Assembly: GCA_046262115.1 (NCBI GenBank)
Contig: JBHENJ010000037.1
Span: 22,993 to 86,992, forward strand
Source: Candidatus Limnocylindria bacterium
GTDB lineage: Bacteria; Chloroflexota; Limnocylindria; QHBO01
Reading direction: 5' to 3'
Length of the DNA stretch: 64,000 bases
A program made the translations under genes and the position numbers. The notes under the pieces were generated by a model. It searched no databases and was not told the origin of the DNA. It saw only the letters and a program-made list of their open reading frames with translations. Each line of letters begins with the position of its first letter. Position 1 is the stretch's first letter. This document shows positions 9,479 to 19,261 of the stretch, piece by piece.

Positions 9479-10599
9479 GGAGCACATCCTTCCGGGCACT
9501 GCACCCACGCCGCCAGCGGCGACGGGGTTCGGGACAGTTCACGGCCGCCGAGGTCGAGCGCACGGGTGACGCCCGTATCGAGGTCCAGGACACTCAGGCG
9601 GTCACTCGTCGGCGCAAAGCGCGGTCGCGCGCCTCTTCCGAGGTTCCGCGTCAAGCCTCCATCGACCGCGATCAGCTCGACGGTGCCGTCACCGCGCTCG
9701 ACCGCGACGTGGCGGCCGTCAGGACTGACGTCCACGGCGGCGGTCTGGCCGAGCTCGGCCAGCGTCGTCTCGCTCCGGCCGGACAGGAGGCGGAGCGCCG
9801 TGGATCCGTCGGGATTCGAAGCGAAGTAGGCGATCGATCCATCATCCAGGGACGTCGGCTGATACGCCATTCCCGCCTCGGACAGTACGTCCACTCCGCC
9901 GGACTCGACGTCGACGGCGACGACGCGCGACGGGACCGGGACGGTGACCGACGCGACCTGGGCGAGCAGCAACCGGCTGTCGGGGAGCGTGTCGATGGTC
10001 AGGCCGTAGACGAAACCGTCCGACCCGCCGGAGATGAGCGACGGCGCGGCGCTTCCAAGATCGACACGCCACAGCCCGCCCGCGCCGTCCACGGCCGCGA
10101 GCCAGCTCGCATCGGGGGCGAACGCCGCTGCCAGTGGCGCAGCGCCTCCGGACGGCCCAACCGCGACGTCGGCGTCCGAACCATCCGCGTCCAGGACGTG
10201 GAGCGGCCCCGGTGCGCCGAATCGGTCGACGAACGCGGTGAGATCGGCATCGGCGGAGACGCCTAGGAGCCTCGCCGCTTCGTCTCGCGGAGCCGGCCGC
10301 CCGCCGGGCGCGCCAGGCAGAGAGATGGGCACCAGCCGCAACTCACGGAATGCGAAGCTCGCGCTAGACGACGGCGCCGTTGAAGGTGACGGAGTTGCGG
10401 CTGCCGTGGCCGTCTGCGCAGGCGCGGCGGGCGGCCGGCCGACCAGCGTCGGCTCGTCGCTTTGGATCAGGCGAATACCGGCAAGCGTCGCCACGGCGGC
10501 AGCCGTGATGGCGAGCGCGCCGGCCGCAAGCGCGGGGAGTTGACGCCGAAGCCGGCTCGTCTGCCGAGCCGCCCGCGGCGTGCGGGCCCGATGGGGCAT
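9475..10599 (-). CDS. signal-anchored beta-propeller (TolB/WD40-like) protein
   Basis: N-terminal TM anchor, Pro/Ala/Thr linker, repeated DG/GS beta-strand blades; translationally coupled to M23 peptidase. Confidence 0.55.
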   Translation of the reverse strand: MPHRARTPRAARQTSRLRRQLPALAAGALAITAAAVATLAGIRLIQSDEPTLVGRPPAAPAQTATAAATPSPSTAPSSSASFAFRELRLVPISLPGAPGGRPAPRDEAARLLGVSADADLTAFVDRFGAPGPLHVLDADGSDADVAVGPSGGAAPLAAAFAPDASWLAAVDGAGGLWRVDLGSAAPSLISGGSDGFVYGLTIDTLPDSRLLLAQVASVTVPVPSRVVAVDVESGGVDVLSEAGMAYQPTSLDDGSIAYFASNPDGSTALRLLSGRSETTLAELGQTAAVDVSPDGRHVAVERGDGTVELIAVDGGLTRNLGRGARPRFAPTSDRLSVLDLDTGVTRALDLGGRELSRTPSPLAAWVQCPEGCAP

Positions 10600-10668
10600 T
10601 GGGGACCTCCTCAGAAGATGTAGGGCTCGGATGGAGGTCCGTGTGGGGCTCGATCACCGTCCTGGCGT

Positions 10669-11541
10669 GTGGGAAGCTGCCGTGACGCTATGCGACCTGT
10701 CCTTACCGCGCGCTTATCGAGCGACGGCAGGCGCAGCAACCAGCCAGGGGGGAGGCTCCAGCGAGGTGAGACTGCCGCGCCAACGGCCACCGCGCGGGTG
10801 ACTCCGGTCGCTCTCGCCGTCTTCGTGCTGGGTCTCGCGTTGCTGGCGGGCGGCGCATGGCTGGTCCGGCGGAGCGGCGCCCGCGTCCGGATGGCGATCC
10901 GCTTCGCACGAGCGCCGATGATGCGGGTCGGCGATCTCGCTGCGGCGCGTCGGATTCCGCGCGAGGGCGAGGTCCGAGTCGCGGGGCGGGTCCGCTGCTC
11001 GCAGCCCCTCGTGACGCCGGATGGCGAGCGCCTCGTGCTGCTTCACCGCAGGGTCGAGGTCCGGCTGCCCACCGGGACGTGGCGGACCGTCGAGCAGCTC
11101 CGTGAGGCACGCGACTTCGAGCTGTGGGATCACGCCGGACAGCTGACGATCGACGCGGCTCGGTGCACCGAGCCGCTGCTTGCGATCCCCGCAGTGTGGC
11201 GCGGCGGCCCAGACGAGCTCCCGGCGGGGTATCGGGCGGAGATTGCGGCGGTCGAGGAACTGGCCGGGGTGAAGGCCGATGCGGCGCGCGCCGAGACGCG
11301 CGCCGTGAGCGTGGTCGACCGTCTGCTGGTCCTCGCACGCCCTGAGCTCGCTCCGGACGGGTCGGTCTCGCTCGCACCGCCGGAGACCGGGTACGTCATC
11401 AGCGCCGTTCCCATGGACGCTGCGATGCGGCTGCTCGGTGGGACGCGGCGGTTGCTGCTCGCGGGCGTGGCGGCCGCAGCCATCGGCATCGCGGCGCTCG
11501 GTGCCGCGACCCTCATGGCCCTGGCCGACCTGGTCCTCTGA
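10669..11541 (+). CDS. membrane protein (hypothetical)
   Basis: N- and C-terminal TM helices; start uncertain (alternative GTG near 10798 at VTPVALAVFVLGL). Confidence 0.45.
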   Translation: MGSCRDAMRPVLTARLSSDGRRSNQPGGRLQRGETAAPTATARVTPVALAVFVLGLALLAGGAWLVRRSGARVRMAIRFARAPMMRVGDLAAARRIPREGEVRVAGRVRCSQPLVTPDGERLVLLHRRVEVRLPTGTWRTVEQLREARDFELWDHAGQLTIDAARCTEPLLAIPAVWRGGPDELPAGYRAEIAAVEELAGVKADAARAETRAVSVVDRLLVLARPELAPDGSVSLAPPETGYVISAVPMDAAMRLLGGTRRLLLAGVAAAAIGIAALGAATLMALADLVL

Positions 11542-11624
11542 CCTCACGCGGCGATCGTGGCACCCACCCGACGGGTACCTTCGGGTCATGGCGGGGACCC
11601 GCGCCGCGCGCGTAGCGTCACTGC

Positions 11625-12242
11625 GTGGGCACTCCGAGCGCACGCACGCGGACGACGCGGCGAGCGACGAGCGATACCGCCACGCTCGTCGAGCTGGAGC
11701 GTGCCGCACGCGACCTCGGCATCGGCGACGCCGTCTGGCGAGCGACCGTCGAGACCCTTTCCCGCCACCTCGGCGGCACCGTCGCGCTCTACCTCGTCGA
11801 GAACGGGACGATCGAGCTGCGCGCCTCCGCTCTCCGCGACCCTGGAACGCGGCTCGGCTGGACTCCGGGTGACGGCGGCCCGCTGGACGGCGCCCTCCTC
11901 AGCGGTCGCCCGGCGATCTTCCTCCCGCGGCGCCACGCGCCCGCGGAGCCGGTCGGGCAACCGATGATCTGCGTGCCGCTCCGTCACGGAGCGGACGTCA
12001 TCGGGGTCCTCGTCGCGGCGGACGCGCGACCGGGCGCGCTCTCCGAGCGCGACGCGTGGTTCCTGGGAGACGCGGCGCGGCGGATCGCACGCTGGCTCGA
12101 AGCCGACACGTCGATGCAGCCCGTGAGCGACCCCAGTGGCGCATCGGCTCACGAACACCCGCGGCCGCCCGACGTGCGCAGCGTCACGTGGCTCGAGGAC
12201 GCGCGGACCGGTGAGCCGATCGTAACGTCGGGAGCCGCCTAG
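11625..12242 (+). CDS. GAF domain protein
   Basis: GAF-like core (GTVALYLVENGTIELRA...ICVPLRHGADVIGVLVA). Confidence 0.5.
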   Translation: MGTPSARTRTTRRATSDTATLVELERAARDLGIGDAVWRATVETLSRHLGGTVALYLVENGTIELRASALRDPGTRLGWTPGDGGPLDGALLSGRPAIFLPRRHAPAEPVGQPMICVPLRHGADVIGVLVAADARPGALSERDAWFLGDAARRIARWLEADTSMQPVSDPSGASAHEHPRPPDVRSVTWLEDARTGEPIVTSGAA

Positions 12243-12283
12243 ACCCGATCCCTCGGGCGGCACGTGCTACGATCGCGCCTCCC

Positions 12284-12937
12284 ATGACGGCCGCCCCATA
12301 CGTGCCGTGGCGCGCTGCGGCACCGCTCCTGGTCGCGGCTGTCGGGCTTTCCGCGTGCTCCGGGCTCCTCAACGTCGAATCCGGCCCGCCGCCGACGGCC
12401 ACGCCGCTCGCGACCCCCACCCTGACGCCGGTCCCGAGCCCGTCGCCGACCCCCACGCCGTCGCCGACGCCCACCTACACGAATGTCCCCGAACCCGAGC
12501 TGCTGGCCGTCATCCCCGACACCGTCGGTGGCGTCGCGGTCCAGAAACCCAATGCGGTGGCCCTCACACCGGGCGACGTTGGCGAGGTCTTCGGTCCGGT
12601 CGGTGCGCGATTCCGCTCGCTGGTCGTCGCATTCACCGAGGACCCGCGCCTGACGCTGTTCGCCATGCGGATGGACCCGCCCGCAACCACCACGCGGCGT
12701 CTTCGACCGTACCTCGGCGAGATCGGTCAGTACGTGGGCATCGAGAAACCGGATCGCGAGCCGTGGACGCTCGAGACCATCGGCGACAAGGAGGTCTGGA
12801 CGCGGGGCGAGGACGCAGCCACGCTCGTCGGAACCAGCATCTACACCTGGGTCGCGGACGACATGGTGTTCCTGATGGTCGGGACCGATGAGGCAACCAA
12901 CGCGGCGATGCTCGCCGCACTGCCGGGCCAGCCGTGA
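12284..12937 (+). CDS. lipoprotein with Pro/Thr-rich linker (hypothetical)
   Basis: Signal peptide plus lipobox LSAC|S; PT/SP repeat linker; stop overlaps next start (GTGA). Confidence 0.55.
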   Translation: MTAAPYVPWRAAAPLLVAAVGLSACSGLLNVESGPPPTATPLATPTLTPVPSPSPTPTPSPTPTYTNVPEPELLAVIPDTVGGVAVQKPNAVALTPGDVGEVFGPVGARFRSLVVAFTEDPRLTLFAMRMDPPATTTRRLRPYLGEIGQYVGIEKPDREPWTLETIGDKEVWTRGEDAATLVGTSIYTWVADDMVFLMVGTDEATNAAMLAALPGQP

Positions 12938-14004
12938 CGCGCGTCGCGTACGTTGTCAGCGCCGCCGGCTCCGCGGTCGCGATCGTCCTTCGCGTGCTGA
13001 ACGCCGATGCGTCGCTGACCTTCGCCGTCGCCGCGTTCGCCATCCTCGGACTTGCGTACGTCCTCGGCCACGCCACCGAGCAGCTGGGCGCGGTGCTCGG
13101 GCCGCGCGCCGGCGGCGTGCTCAACGCGACCGTCGGCAACATCGGCGAGATCATCATCGCCGGCTTCCTGATCGCGGCGGGCGAGCTCGAGGTGGTGAAG
13201 GCCTCGATCACGGGCTCGATCATCGGCAACCTACTGCTGGTGCTCGGCCTCTCGCTGCTCGTCGGCGGGGTCCGCAACGGGATCCAGCGCTTCGACACGC
13301 GCCTGACCGGGATGAACGCCGCGTCGCTCATCCTCGCCACCATCGGCCTGGTCGTGCCCGCGACGTTCGCCCTGCTGATCGGCGGCGGCGCGGAGACGGG
13401 CGCGGACGAACGCCAGTTCTTTTCGATCGAGGCGCTCAGCGTTGGGGTCGCGGCGCTGCTCATCACCATCTATGGCCTCTCGCTGGTGTACCAGTTCCGC
13501 ACGCCGGGAGCGGCGCCTCCGGACGAGGCTGAGCATGCCGCGGCGTGGCCGTGGAGGCTCTCGCTCGCGGTGATGCTGGGCTCGGCCATCGTGCTCACGG
13601 CAGTCTCGGAGGTCCTGGTCCACACCATCGACCCGGTGGTCGAGACGCTCGGCATCAGCCGCTTCTTTCTCGGGATCATCTTGATCCCGTTCATCGGCAA
13701 CCTCGCCGAGCACGTCGTGGGGATCACGCTCGCCTACAAGAACAAGATGGACTTCAGCCTGTTGACCTCGATCGGCTCGTCCACCCAGATCGCGCTCTTC
13801 GCGGCGCCGGTGCTCGTCTTCTTCAGCCTCCTTATCGGCCAGCCGCTGACGCTCGTGTTTACGACCCTCGAAGTCGTGGCCGTCGCGGTCGGCACCTTCA
13901 TCGCCGCGTACATCGCGGTCGACGGTGAGTCGAACTGGCTCGAGGGGGCGCAGCTCGTCTCGGTCTACCTCATCCTGGCAATCGCCTTCTTCTTCCTGAC
14001 CTGA
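12934..14004 (+). CDS. Ca2+/H+ antiporter (CaCA/ChaA family)
   Basis: Two alpha-repeat motifs (GNIGEIIIAGF; GNLAEHVVGIT), ~11 TM. Confidence 0.85.
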   Translation: MTRVAYVVSAAGSAVAIVLRVLNADASLTFAVAAFAILGLAYVLGHATEQLGAVLGPRAGGVLNATVGNIGEIIIAGFLIAAGELEVVKASITGSIIGNLLLVLGLSLLVGGVRNGIQRFDTRLTGMNAASLILATIGLVVPATFALLIGGGAETGADERQFFSIEALSVGVAALLITIYGLSLVYQFRTPGAAPPDEAEHAAAWPWRLSLAVMLGSAIVLTAVSEVLVHTIDPVVETLGISRFFLGIILIPFIGNLAEHVVGITLAYKNKMDFSLLTSIGSSTQIALFAAPVLVFFSLLIGQPLTLVFTTLEVVAVAVGTFIAAYIAVDGESNWLEGAQLVSVYLILAIAFFFLT

Positions 14005-15029
14005 TGGACGATCGACCGATGGATGGGAGCGAGCGCCGCAAGCGCGATCGCCTGGCGCGTCTCCTGTCCGTTGTCTCGATCCTCTACACCGCCGCCGAGC
14101 GCGACGACGAGGGCGTCGCCGCGATCGAGATCGCGCGGCTCACCGGGATGAACGTGCGCACCGTGTACCGCGACCTGCGCGCGCTGGAGGAGGAGCTCGA
14201 CGTCCCGATCTTCTCGTCCGGCCGCGGCCGCTTCGGGATCGAGCGCAAGTTCTTCCTGCCACCGCTCCGGCTGACCGTGCCGGAGGCGATCGTGTTCTTC
14301 GTCGCGGCGCGGCTCATCACGCAATCCTCGGACGAGTACGACGCGGTCGTGGTCAGCGCGTTCATGAAACTCGCCGATGCGCTCCCGCAACCGATCGCGC
14401 GCCACATCGCGCAGACGATGCTGGCGATCGGCGAGCGGCGCCGGGACGAGGCGTTCACCAGCAATTTCGCCGCGGTCGCACGCGGCTGGGCCGAGGGGCG
14501 TGTCGTCGAGTTCACGTACGAGGGCGGGCACGAGCGGCGGGGCCCGCTCCGGCTGCGCCCGTACTTCATCGAGCCCTCAGCGGCCGGACGGAGCGTCTAC
14601 GTCATCGGCTTCGAGGAGACGAACGGCGGGATGCGGACGTACAAGATCGAGCGCATCCGCCAGGCAAGCGTCACTCTCGACCGATACGAGATACCCCTCG
14701 ACTTCGACGCGGACCGATGGCTTGCGCCGGCGTGGGGCATCTGGTCGGCGGACTCGACACCCCCAGTGACGGTGCGGCTCCGCTTCGATGCCGCAGTCGC
14801 GCGGCGAGTCCGCGAGTCCATCTGGCACCGATCGCAGCGACTGGTCGAGTTGCCGGACGGCCGGGTAGAGCTCCACATGGAAGTCGCAGGCACGGTCGAG
14901 GTGCGGCCGTGGATCCTGGGCTGGGGCGACTCGGTCGAGGTGCTCGAGCCGCCGGAGCTTCGCGCCGCGGTGGCGCAGGCGGTGGGCGCCGCGGCCGACC
15001 ACTATCGCGCCGGCGGGAACGGAGGCTAG
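14004..15029 (+). CDS. WYL-domain transcriptional regulator (HTH-WYL-WCX)
   Basis: N-terminal HTH (IARLTGMNVRTVYRDL), central WYL region (VVEFTYEGGHERRGPLRLRPY...), C-terminal WCX; TGATG overlap with antiporter gene. Confidence 0.8.
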   Translation: MDDRPMDGSERRKRDRLARLLSVVSILYTAAERDDEGVAAIEIARLTGMNVRTVYRDLRALEEELDVPIFSSGRGRFGIERKFFLPPLRLTVPEAIVFFVAARLITQSSDEYDAVVVSAFMKLADALPQPIARHIAQTMLAIGERRRDEAFTSNFAAVARGWAEGRVVEFTYEGGHERRGPLRLRPYFIEPSAAGRSVYVIGFEETNGGMRTYKIERIRQASVTLDRYEIPLDFDADRWLAPAWGIWSADSTPPVTVRLRFDAAVARRVRESIWHRSQRLVELPDGRVELHMEVAGTVEVRPWILGWGDSVEVLEPPELRAAVAQAVGAAADHYRAGGNGG

Positions 15030-15030
15030 C

Positions 15031-15135
15031 TCAGACCTCGCGCGCCACGCGGTCGCGCATCGCCTGCTCGCGTTGCCGCTTGACCAGCTTGCGCAGCCAC
15101 CACACCAGTCCGAAGAGAGCGAGGAATCGGATCAT
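15031..15135 (-). CDS. 34-aa single-TM microprotein (hypothetical)
   Basis: ATG preceded by GAGG 4 nt upstream; MIRFLALFGLVWWLRKLVKRQREQAMRDRVAREV; just downstream of the large membrane protein gene. Confidence 0.3.
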   Translation of the reverse strand: MIRFLALFGLVWWLRKLVKRQREQAMRDRVAREV

Positions 15136-15172
15136 CGCCTCGGGTCAGCGCAAGAACCGCGCCGTGCCGTGG

Positions 15173-17545
15173 TCACCGGCACCAAGCGAGCGGCGCGCGA
15201 GGCGCGCCGCGCCCGGCCGCTCCCCGGGGATCACGCAGCCACTCGCTCGCGCCACCCGCGGACGTCGGCAGAACGACCTGCCGGTTGATGTCGGGAAGGC
15301 TCTCGCGTCGGTACATCCGGCCATCCTCCTCGGGGTCGGCGATCGGGGAATACTCCGGCGGGACGGCGGTGGCGAGATAATAGAGGTTCCCCGAGCGAAC
15401 CCGGGTCAGCGCAAGCACCCGGGCCTCGTTCGCGGCGTCTCGCGCGACGCGACCGGCGACGATTCGCGCGGCCCAGTAGTCCGCGGCGTGCGACTCCGTC
15501 CCGGCTGCACGCTCGAGCAGATCGATCGCTTCCTTGCCGCCGCACGAGAGCGCCAGCGTCAGTGATTCCGCTGCCGCCGGCGTCGCGATCGCCTCGGCGT
15601 GTGCCGTGTCGGCGAGATCGGACCGGCCCGCGAGCCCAACGAGCCAGGTGGGCTGCATGCTGACGATGACGGACGTCCCCTCGCCCGACGCCCACTCGTC
15701 CGCGGCGCTGGACAGCAGGGCGGCCAGGTCGTTGCCGGTGGCGAAATACCGCCCCCACTGACGCGAGCCGGGAAGCCACGGAGCAAGCTGGAGCGCCTCG
15801 CGCAGGTGCTCGTCGGCGGGGGCGCTCCTCCCGCCGCGCTGCTCCACGAGGGCGAGCGTCAGGAGGTTCGCGGTGTCGATCCGCTCGACGGCGACCGCGT
15901 GACGCGCAGCGTCGATCGCCTCTGCGTGGCGTGCGTCGAGCGAGCGGATGATGGCAAGCGCGCGGAACGCGGCATCGTCTACGGGGTTGAGGGCGCTCGC
16001 GCGCTCCAGCTCGGATTCCGCACGTTGCGCATCGCCGATGACGAGCGCCACTGCGGCACGTTCGCGGTGGTACAGCGCGAACGACGGGTCCAGGGCCAGC
16101 GCCACGTCGAGGTCGTGCGCGGCGGCGGCCGGATTGCCCGCGTACAGCTCACGCCGTGCCTCATCGAACCGGGCCGACGCGACGAGCGTCATGCTCATCC
16201 CGACCGCCACGACGGCGAGCACCGTCACGGCGGCGGCCCGCAGCCGGCGCGACGCGACGCCTGGTGAGCCCGAGCCGCGTGGCTCGGCCGCGCCCCCGGC
16301 GGGCGGGCCGACAACGGCCGGCCTGGGTGCCGCGAACGCCGCCCACACCAGGAGAACACCGACGAGGTAGGCGGTGTCGGTCGGGTTGTCGCCCAACGAA
16401 GCGAGCATGAAGAAGCTCACCGCCCAGGCGGCGGCGCCGGATCGCGCCGAGGCGCCGCGGCGGAAGACCATCGAGAACCACACCACGCACGCCGCGAGCA
16501 CCCCGGCCGCTGCGACAAGCCCGCCCTCCGCCAGCAGCTGGATGAGGGCGTTGTCCGCGTGCCGCGGCGTGAACGGCGACTCGTCGTAGAAGCCGGATGT
16601 GCCCAGCGTCATGACGAAAGTCCCCGGGCCGGCGCCGGTCAGAAGACTCTCCATCAACGTCCCGAACGCGCTCGCCCATATCCGGCCGCGGGCACCCAAC
16701 GTCGAGATGTCCGTGAGCCGCTCCGCGGCGTCACCCGCGCCGCCCGGCGAGGCGACCATCAGCGCAACCACGACCATGACCACGAGACCGGCCGCGACGG
16801 ATCCCGCGACGGTCCGCCACCCGATGCGCGACCGATGCGAGCTGGCGCGGAGGGCCAGTGCGGCCGGCACGCAGAGCGCGACGGCCGCCGCGAGCCAGGT
16901 GGTGCGCGAACCGCTCATCACCATGACAGCAAGCGTGGAGACGATCGCGACGATCGCGACGCCCCGCGCAGCGGGCCGTCCCGCTCGCAGGACGAGCACC
17001 TGCGCCGGAAGCAGCAGCGCCACGAACATGCCGATCACCTGGGGGTGCCGGTACGCGCCGGCCGGAAGCGGGAGATCTGTAAACGGCAGCGTCCGGAAGT
17101 CCGTGAGCCGAAGCCACTCGAGCCATACGAGGCTCCACGCGAGCGCAAAGCTCAACGAGATGCCGAGCGACAGGCCCGCCAGCGCCCCGACTACGAGACG
17201 TCGTGCGTCGGGTCGGGCCAGGAGCCGCCGCGCCAGGTAGAACGCCGCAACGTACGCCGTCGCCGCGACGCCGGCGTCGAACGACTGACGGGCGAACCTC
17301 GAAAAGGTACACGCCGCCAGGAACCCGAGGAGCGCGAGGAGCGCGATTCGATCGAGCGCGTCTGCCTCCCTGGGCATCCGTTGCACCCAGAGCCAGATCA
17401 GGACGCCTCCGATCGCGGCGTCGAGCGCACGGAGCAACGTCCCGGTCACCGCCAGCTCGGTGCCGCCCAGGAGGACGAAGAAGACCAGGAGCCCGAGCCA
17501 GGCCAGCAGGGACCGGTCGGCTATCCTGCGGCGGATGAGCATCCG
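15173..17545 (-). CDS. O-antigen ligase (Wzy_C)-like polytopic membrane protein with C-terminal TPR repeats
   Basis: ~12 TM helices with large loop, then ~300 aa of TPR-like helices; start set at MLIRRR (17545), alternative 17653. Confidence 0.65.
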   Translation of the reverse strand, partial: RMLIRRRIADRSLLAWLGLLVFFVLLGGTELAVTGTLLRALDAAIGGVLIWLWVQRMPREADALDRIALLALLGFLAACTFSRFARQSFDAGVAATAYVAAFYLARRLLARPDARRLVVGALAGLSLGISLSFALAWSLVWLEWLRLTDFRTLPFTDLPLPAGAYRHPQVIGMFVALLLPAQVLVLRAGRPAARGVAIVAIVSTLAVMVMSGSRTTWLAAAVALCVPAALALRASSHRSRIGWRTVAGSVAAGLVVMVVVALMVASPGGAGDAAERLTDISTLGARGRIWASAFGTLMESLLTGAGPGTFVMTLGTSGFYDESPFTPRHADNALIQLLAEGGLVAAAGVLAACVVWFSMVFRRGASARSGAAAWAVSFFMLASLGDNPTDTAYLVGVLLVWAAFAAPRPAVVGPPAGGAAEPRGSGSPGVASRRLRAAAVTVLAVVAVGMSMTLVASARFDEARRELYAGNPAAAAHDLDVALALDPSFALYHRERAAVALVIGDAQRAESELERASALNPVDDAAFRALAIIRSLDARHAEAIDAARHAVAVERIDTANLLTLALVEQRGGRSAPADEHLREALQLAPWLPGSRQWGRYFATGNDLAALLSSAADEWASGEGTSVIVSMQPTWLVGLAGRSDLADTAHAEAIATPAAAESLTLALSCGGKEAIDLLERAAGTESHAADYWAARIVAGRVARDAANEARVLALTRVRSGNLYYLATAVPPEYSPIADPEEDGRMYRRESLPDINRQVVLPTSAGGASEWLRDPRGAAGRGAPRAPLAWCR

Positions 17546-18530
17546 ACTCGACCCGGTGCCGGACGGCGCGCCCTCGTCCGCGAGCGAGTCCCTGTTGTAC
17601 GACCCCGCCTCGGAGGGGCGCGCCCTCGGGCGACTCGCCGCCATCGCGATCACCGCCTACCTGCTGCTCGTGGCGTACGCGATGATCCTGACCGGGACCT
17701 GGGTCACGCCCGACCTCCTCGTGATCGCCATCGGCATCGTCGCGATCCTGATCGGGCAGGCCCGGCTCTTCGTGCGCGACTGGGTCCCGTTCATTCTGAT
17801 CTTCCTCGCCTGGGAGGCGATGCGCGGGTACGCCGACAACCTCGGCGCGCCGGTCCACTCGGACGGCGTGATCGCCCTGGAGCGCCTCATCTCCTTCGGC
17901 ACCGTGCCCACCGTGGAGCTTCAGCGTCTGCTGCATCGCGCCGATGTGGTCACGCCGCTCGACATCGCGACGTCGCTGATCTACGCCGCGCACTTCGTCT
18001 TCCCGCTCGCGGTCGCGTTTATCTTCTGGCTCCGCGACCGGCGGCTCTACTACCGGTTCGTCGGAACGCTGATGCTCATGGCGCTCGTTGGGTTTGTCTT
18101 CTACCTGCTGCTTCCCGTGGCGCCGCCGCGCTTCGCACTCCTCCACGGCGAAAACCTGCACGTCCAGGACGTCATTCACAACACGCTGGTCAACCTCGGC
18201 CTCAACGCGAACGCGGACTGGGTCTACTCGAACCTGAACCCGAACGACAACGCGGCCTTCCCGTCACTCCACGCGGCGTTCCCCGTGCTTGCGTTCCTCT
18301 TCGTCCGGCGCATCGCGCCGCGTGCGGCATGGCTGCTCGCGGTGTACGCGTTAGCGGTCTGGTTCGCGATCGTCTACCTCGGCCACCACTACATCGTCGA
18401 CGTCCTTGGTGGCGTGGCGCTCGCCTTGGCAGCCTACTGGGTCGTGATCCGCAAAGGCATACTGGATCGCCTGCTGGTGAGGCTGATGGCGATCCGCATC
18501 CACCCGCCGGCACGAGCCGGGGCCGGCTGA
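17535..18530 (+). CDS. PAP2-superfamily membrane phosphatase/phosphotransferase
   Basis: PAP2 motifs PSLHAAF and GHHYIVDVLGG; start uncertain (17460 or 17535). Confidence 0.65.
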   Translation: MSIRLDPVPDGAPSSASESLLYDPASEGRALGRLAAIAITAYLLLVAYAMILTGTWVTPDLLVIAIGIVAILIGQARLFVRDWVPFILIFLAWEAMRGYADNLGAPVHSDGVIALERLISFGTVPTVELQRLLHRADVVTPLDIATSLIYAAHFVFPLAVAFIFWLRDRRLYYRFVGTLMLMALVGFVFYLLLPVAPPRFALLHGENLHVQDVIHNTLVNLGLNANADWVYSNLNPNDNAAFPSLHAAFPVLAFLFVRRIAPRAAWLLAVYALAVWFAIVYLGHHYIVDVLGGVALALAAYWVVIRKGILDRLLVRLMAIRIHPPARAGAG

Positions 18531-18557
18531 GGGGGACGCCGCGGCGGGCGGCGACCG

Positions 18558-19244
18558 TCAGAGCGGGAGCTTCTGGATGACGCTCAGCGTCGGCCGCACG
18601 GCGCGCGGCGCGGGCTGCGCGATCGGCAGACGGATCCACGCGTCGCCCGCCGGACCGGGCCGATAGCGCGCGGACAGGCGCCGCGCCGAGATCGCTTCCA
18701 TGCCGAGCTCTCCGAGCGCCTCGGCGACGGTCATGCCCTCCTCGCGGAACCCGCGGCCCACGATCGTGGTCTCGCCCCTGCGGACGAGCGCTCGAAGGCG
18801 GTCGCGGCGCTCGACGAACGGTCGGGACGCGAGCGTCTGGCCCTCGAGATAGAGCAGGTCCGTCGCGACGAATGCGGCGCGGCCGGCGGTGACGCCGCGG
18901 ACCGCCAGACGGCGGCGCAGGAGCTCCGGGTCGGGACGGCCGTCGCCGTCCAGCACGAGGAGCGTCCCATCCATGACCACCGCGTCGCCGCGAAGCTGCT
19001 CGCCCAGCGAGCCGAGCTCGGGGAAGCTTTCCAGGAGGTCGGTGAGCTGCTCGCTCTGGAGCCGGACCTGGCGAGACTCGACGAAGGGCAGGGCGCGCAC
19101 GCCAGGCCACCACGGCTCGAAGTAGTACCCCGGGTCATCGAACGGACCGACGCCATCGGTCGCCTGCATCGGTCGCACGTGGAGCGGCAGCCGGCCGCCC
19201 GAGTCGGGTGTGTCGATCGAGAGCGGAAGCTGCACGGCCCCCAC
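18558..19244 (-). CDS. ATP-dependent DNA ligase-fold protein lacking catalytic lysine (LigC/LigD-ligase-domain-like, probably inactive)
   Basis: Nucleotidyltransferase-domain homology (motifs III, IIIa, IV, V recognisable), but motif I KxDG reads EPWWPGVRAL and motif V Lys is Arg; no OB domain; 17 nt downstream of ku. Confidence 0.6.
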   Translation of the reverse strand: MGAVQLPLSIDTPDSGGRLPLHVRPMQATDGVGPFDDPGYYFEPWWPGVRALPFVESRQVRLQSEQLTDLLESFPELGSLGEQLRGDAVVMDGTLLVLDGDGRPDPELLRRRLAVRGVTAGRAAFVATDLLYLEGQTLASRPFVERRDRLRALVRRGETTIVGRGFREEGMTVAEALGELGMEAISARRLSARYRPGPAGDAWIRLPIAQPAPRAVRPTLSVIQKLPL

Positions 19245-19261
19245 CGTGGCTGACCGCCGGG

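Noticed and set aside
16559-18580. 673-aa plus-strand ORF and 16731..18179 minus ORF
   Set aside because: Highly basic/Pro-Arg-rich translations with no domains, overlapping well-supported membrane protein genes on the opposite strand or frame
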